Assembly: GCA_003971905.1 (NCBI GenBank)
Contig: RSEE01000040.1
Location: 310,001 to 374,000 of the forward strand
DNA from: Moniliella sp. 'wahieum'
Taxonomy: Eukaryota
Direction of reading: 5' to 3'
DNA: 64,000 nt
Below the pieces are notes generated by a model. That model was not told the origin of the DNA. It searched no databases and saw nothing but the letters and a program-made list of their open reading frames with translations. The position numbers and the translations under genes were made by a program. Shown piece by piece: positions 59,939-64,000 of the stretch (the stretch's first letter is position 1; each line of letters starts with the position of its first letter).

Positions 59939-60150
59939 ATGCCCCGTCCCGCCAAGGCCGACTCTGACACCAAGAGCGCAGCAGCGCCACTGCTGGCGGC
60001 GCCAAGCGCCCGCCTTCCGCCTACAACCTCTTTATGAAGGCCGAGCTGCCCAAGTACAAGGCTGCCCACCCAGAGGTCACGCACAAGGATGCGTTCAAGA
60101 AGGTCGCCGAGAGCTGGAAGACTCACCCCTCCAACCCCAAGAAGATCTAA
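59939..60150 (+). CDS. Stand-alone YABBY-like/HMG-box microprotein (about 70 aa)
   Basis: MPRPAKADSDTKSAA.. then, after one frameshift, AKRPPSAYNLFMKAELPKYKAAHPEVTHKDAFKKVAESWKTHPSNPKKI-TAA. Confidence 0.88.
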
Positions 60151-61014
60151 GGCATGCGCGCCCGCCCGGCGTACATCGTTGCCTTGGCTACGCTGCACAG
60201 CTCTTTCCATCTCTTCAACTGCCTCCCTCTCCTGTGCTTTTTGTACCATCACTACGCTCCACTCTACCCCGTGTCGAGGCTCCCCCCCCTCCCCATGCAG
60301 ATTGCACCAATCGCATGGCAATAATGCCTGATCCCCCCCCTCTCCAGCCCCCCGGTTTTCGTGTGTTGTAGACCCCCATACCACTTGTAGCGAGGTAGCA
60401 GCCTGACGTGTAGGTATGCGTTGAGACTGTTGTCAGGCTGTGAGGTCCCCCCACCTATGCGCTGTAGGCCCACTGCGTAGCAACCGCTCCGCCACGGGTG
60501 GGCCAGGCGCAGACGCTGCAATGATATATAGTTGTCTACCGTCAAACGGCGCTGCTGGGATGAGCTGGGTGTTGCAGGGCCAGGGCCATGGACACTGCAG
60601 GAGCGGATGCGGAGGGTGGCGGGGGAAGGGGGAAGGTGCCAGACAGGCAGTGGCGGTGGCACTTGACCCACTGGGGGGGTAGTAGCAAACGCGGCGGCGG
60701 CGGCGGTGGCGTGGACGGCTATGGCGTGCGCTGTGGCAGGCGCGCACCCGTCGCGTTCAGGGCCAGCAAAGGCAACCCCCGGTTGCCGCTTAGATCTGCG
60801 AGCCAGCGGCCGACTGCCCTGCTAAGGCCCAGCAGCCCGCCCCCAGCCGCCCACAGGCCGCCCCTCAATCTCCCGATCGCAATGCGAAGGAGCGAGGCGG
60901 GCTGGTTACGTAAGGGGGTGCCCGCGCATCGGCGCTTTAAAGTGGCCTTCGCTCATGTTCGCTGGCGAACGACCCGCCCACCCGCCGCACCCACTGCCGC
61001 CTGCCCCCACCACC

Positions 61015-62031
<1,017 letters not shown>

Positions 62032-62399
62032 GGTGATGATGAACAGCGCACCCGTTGGACTGGGCAACCAGCAGCCACCGACAAGCATCTGCCTACTCTT
62101 AACCCCCCCATTCGCATACGCGTTACTAGTACGGTCCCGTCCAGCAATTCCATTCCATCGAGAGGGAGGACGCTGCGCCCCACACCCGATGATATCAGTG
62201 CGGATGGAGCCGCGGGCAGGAAGCGAGCTGGGTCGATGAGGGCGGCGAGGCCAGAGCGCGAGATAGTGTCGGAGTCCCTGCTGAACTGCGAGAGCCCAGT
62301 GAAAGCAATGCCCACTAGGGTTGGGCAGCGCGTTCCAGGCGCGGGGGGGCAGTGTACCCCACAGGTAGGGTTCGAGCTTAGGTAACCGCCTCTTCGCAG

Positions 62400-64000
62400 C
62401 TGCCGCCGGCGGCGGTGAGCTTCGTGAGGGAGCCTCTGCGTCGCCGGCCACGAAAGGACCACCACCGCCCGCGCCCCGCCGCCGTCTGCGCCCGCTGCTC
62501 CGTCCATGGCATCGCCAGCCGCACGACCATCGTCGGCCTACGCCGCCACCGCCTTCCCGCCGCTCAGCGCCAGTGCCTCGGGCCTCTCCCCCGATGCCTT
62601 CCCGGCCCTGAGCTCGTCCGGTGCGCTGGCCCATGCCTCCTCCGCCGCCCGCTCTCCCGCCGCCGCCATGGGGCCCGCGTCTGCCTCCCAGAATGACCTG
62701 GCCTACCAGCAGCACGCTCTCATGGTCGCCCGCGAAACAGCACCGCGCCAACCTGCTCGGCAGTGTCAACAACGGGCCACCATCTTCGCCTGGTGTCGCG
62801 GCGTTGCTCAGCACGCTCAATGGCAAGCAGCAGCCCGCCAGATGCAGCAAGGAACGGTATGGCACCCACGAACGGTCATGGGACAGGCTAACTTCTCCTC
62901 GTTTGCCTCAGCTGCCTCGGTCGCCGCCCTGCCTCCTGGAATCGCTCCGAGCTTGTCCCAGATGAACGGGACACCGCCTCGACAGCTCGCCTCGGCCACG
63001 GTCGATGCCACTGAGCCCAAGCTGCGATCAATGCAATGCAAGCACGTTGGAGGCTCAGAGTGCAAGGGGCAACGTGCAAACCATGTCGCCGCGAGCAGTC
63101 GAGGCGGCGCAGAACGTGTTGGACATGGCCACCTCTACCCAAGGCATGGGTAACAAGGTGGTCGTTTCCGGACCAGGAACCAGCAACCTGCTCTCTCTCC
63201 TGTCCCAGTCGGGGCGACAATCGGGAACAGGAACGACCGCGTTGCCTCAAGCTGTGACCCCGGCCCAGCAGATTTATTTGAGTCCAGCGGACCGATTTGG
63301 ACTGGTAGGGCTCCTTGCGATTATCAAGTCGCAGGGGATACTTCGTTGGTATCAATGGGCACCGATCTGAGGCGAATGGGGATGAACCTCAATTCGCGAG
63401 AGGCGCTCAGCTCTTCCTTCCTTACCCCATGGTCAGAAGATGCATTGGCAGGACCGGACGCAGCCGTCGCTGGCTCACCTGCAGACTCAGTCGATGGTCG
63501 AGCCCGATTTCCATTTGCCCTCCTGCTACAATGTCCAGCCGCCTCCGCCGGCCCAGACGAAAATTCGGAGCCTGGCGGACGAGACGCTGTTCTTCATCTT
63601 TTACAGCGTCCTCGAGATGTGTTGCAAGAGACGGCAGCGCGGGAACTGTAAGTTGGCCTCTTTCGTTTTCCTCTCTGTTCGCGTCTTGTCCCCACTGACC
63701 ACTCTGTTCAGGTACCAACGGGGATGGAGGTATCAAAGACGCTCCGAGTGTGGCTCACCAAGGACCCCAACACTGAGCCCGTGCAAAAGACGTCTCAGTA
63801 CGAGCGGGGCGCGTACGTTTTCTTTGACCCGGGTACGTGGGAAAAAGTGACCAAGCTGTTTACGCTGTATGAGGCTCTGGAAGAACGTTCGTTGTCGCAT
63901 GGAGTTCCTTCGCCGTTGGCTACCACGTCAGCGGCAGCGCCTACGCCGTCCCAATTCAATGCCCAAGCGCCTCCGCCGCCGATGGGCAGCACGTCCAGCT
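62400..64000 (+). CDS. NOT2: CCR4-NOT subunit Not2/Cdc36; start uncertain, runs off the window end
   Basis: SPADRFGLVGLL, MGTDL..MGMNL, FLTPWS, EPDFHLPSCYNV, DETLFFIFYS.(P)RDVLQETAAREL|YQRGWRY, WLTK, ERGAYVFFDP.TWEK. Confidence 0.93.

Overview
GC-rich, gene-dense, intron-poor fungal nuclear DNA. It is a basidiomycete, most likely Ustilaginomycotina or similar; this is inferred from protein style and low intron density, not proven. About 26 protein genes are recognisable, in order: a partial tail-anchored protein, Rho1, a divergent Rad52-family gene, a CBM21 PP1-targeting subunit, Psr1, Oca1, Bms1, a cerato-platanin, mitochondrial S7, a MOSC protein, an A1 aspartic protease, Chk1, proteasome beta3, Elg1, metacaspase, TFIIE-beta, a Gly-rich glycine-zipper protein, Rps7, a formin, Sro7/Lgl, Nif3, Pho88, a YABBY/HMG microprotein, Ubc1 and a partial Not2. 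There is also one intron-containing tRNA-Phe and a decayed Ty3/gypsy gag-protease fragment. Almost every gene, including essential ones, carries small frameshifts, which points to uncorrected long-read indel errors, so many boundaries are approximate. I found no self-contained novel multi-gene system. The most interesting signals are an atypical intron-rich Rad52, a cerato-platanin in a smut-like genome, a 7-nt Rho1 micro-exon with a GC donor, a non-canonical tRNA-Phe, and recurrent intergenic motif arrays (CCTCAG/CTGAGG, GTCACGCGTCACG, TCACGTG, 7-nt CATG repeats).
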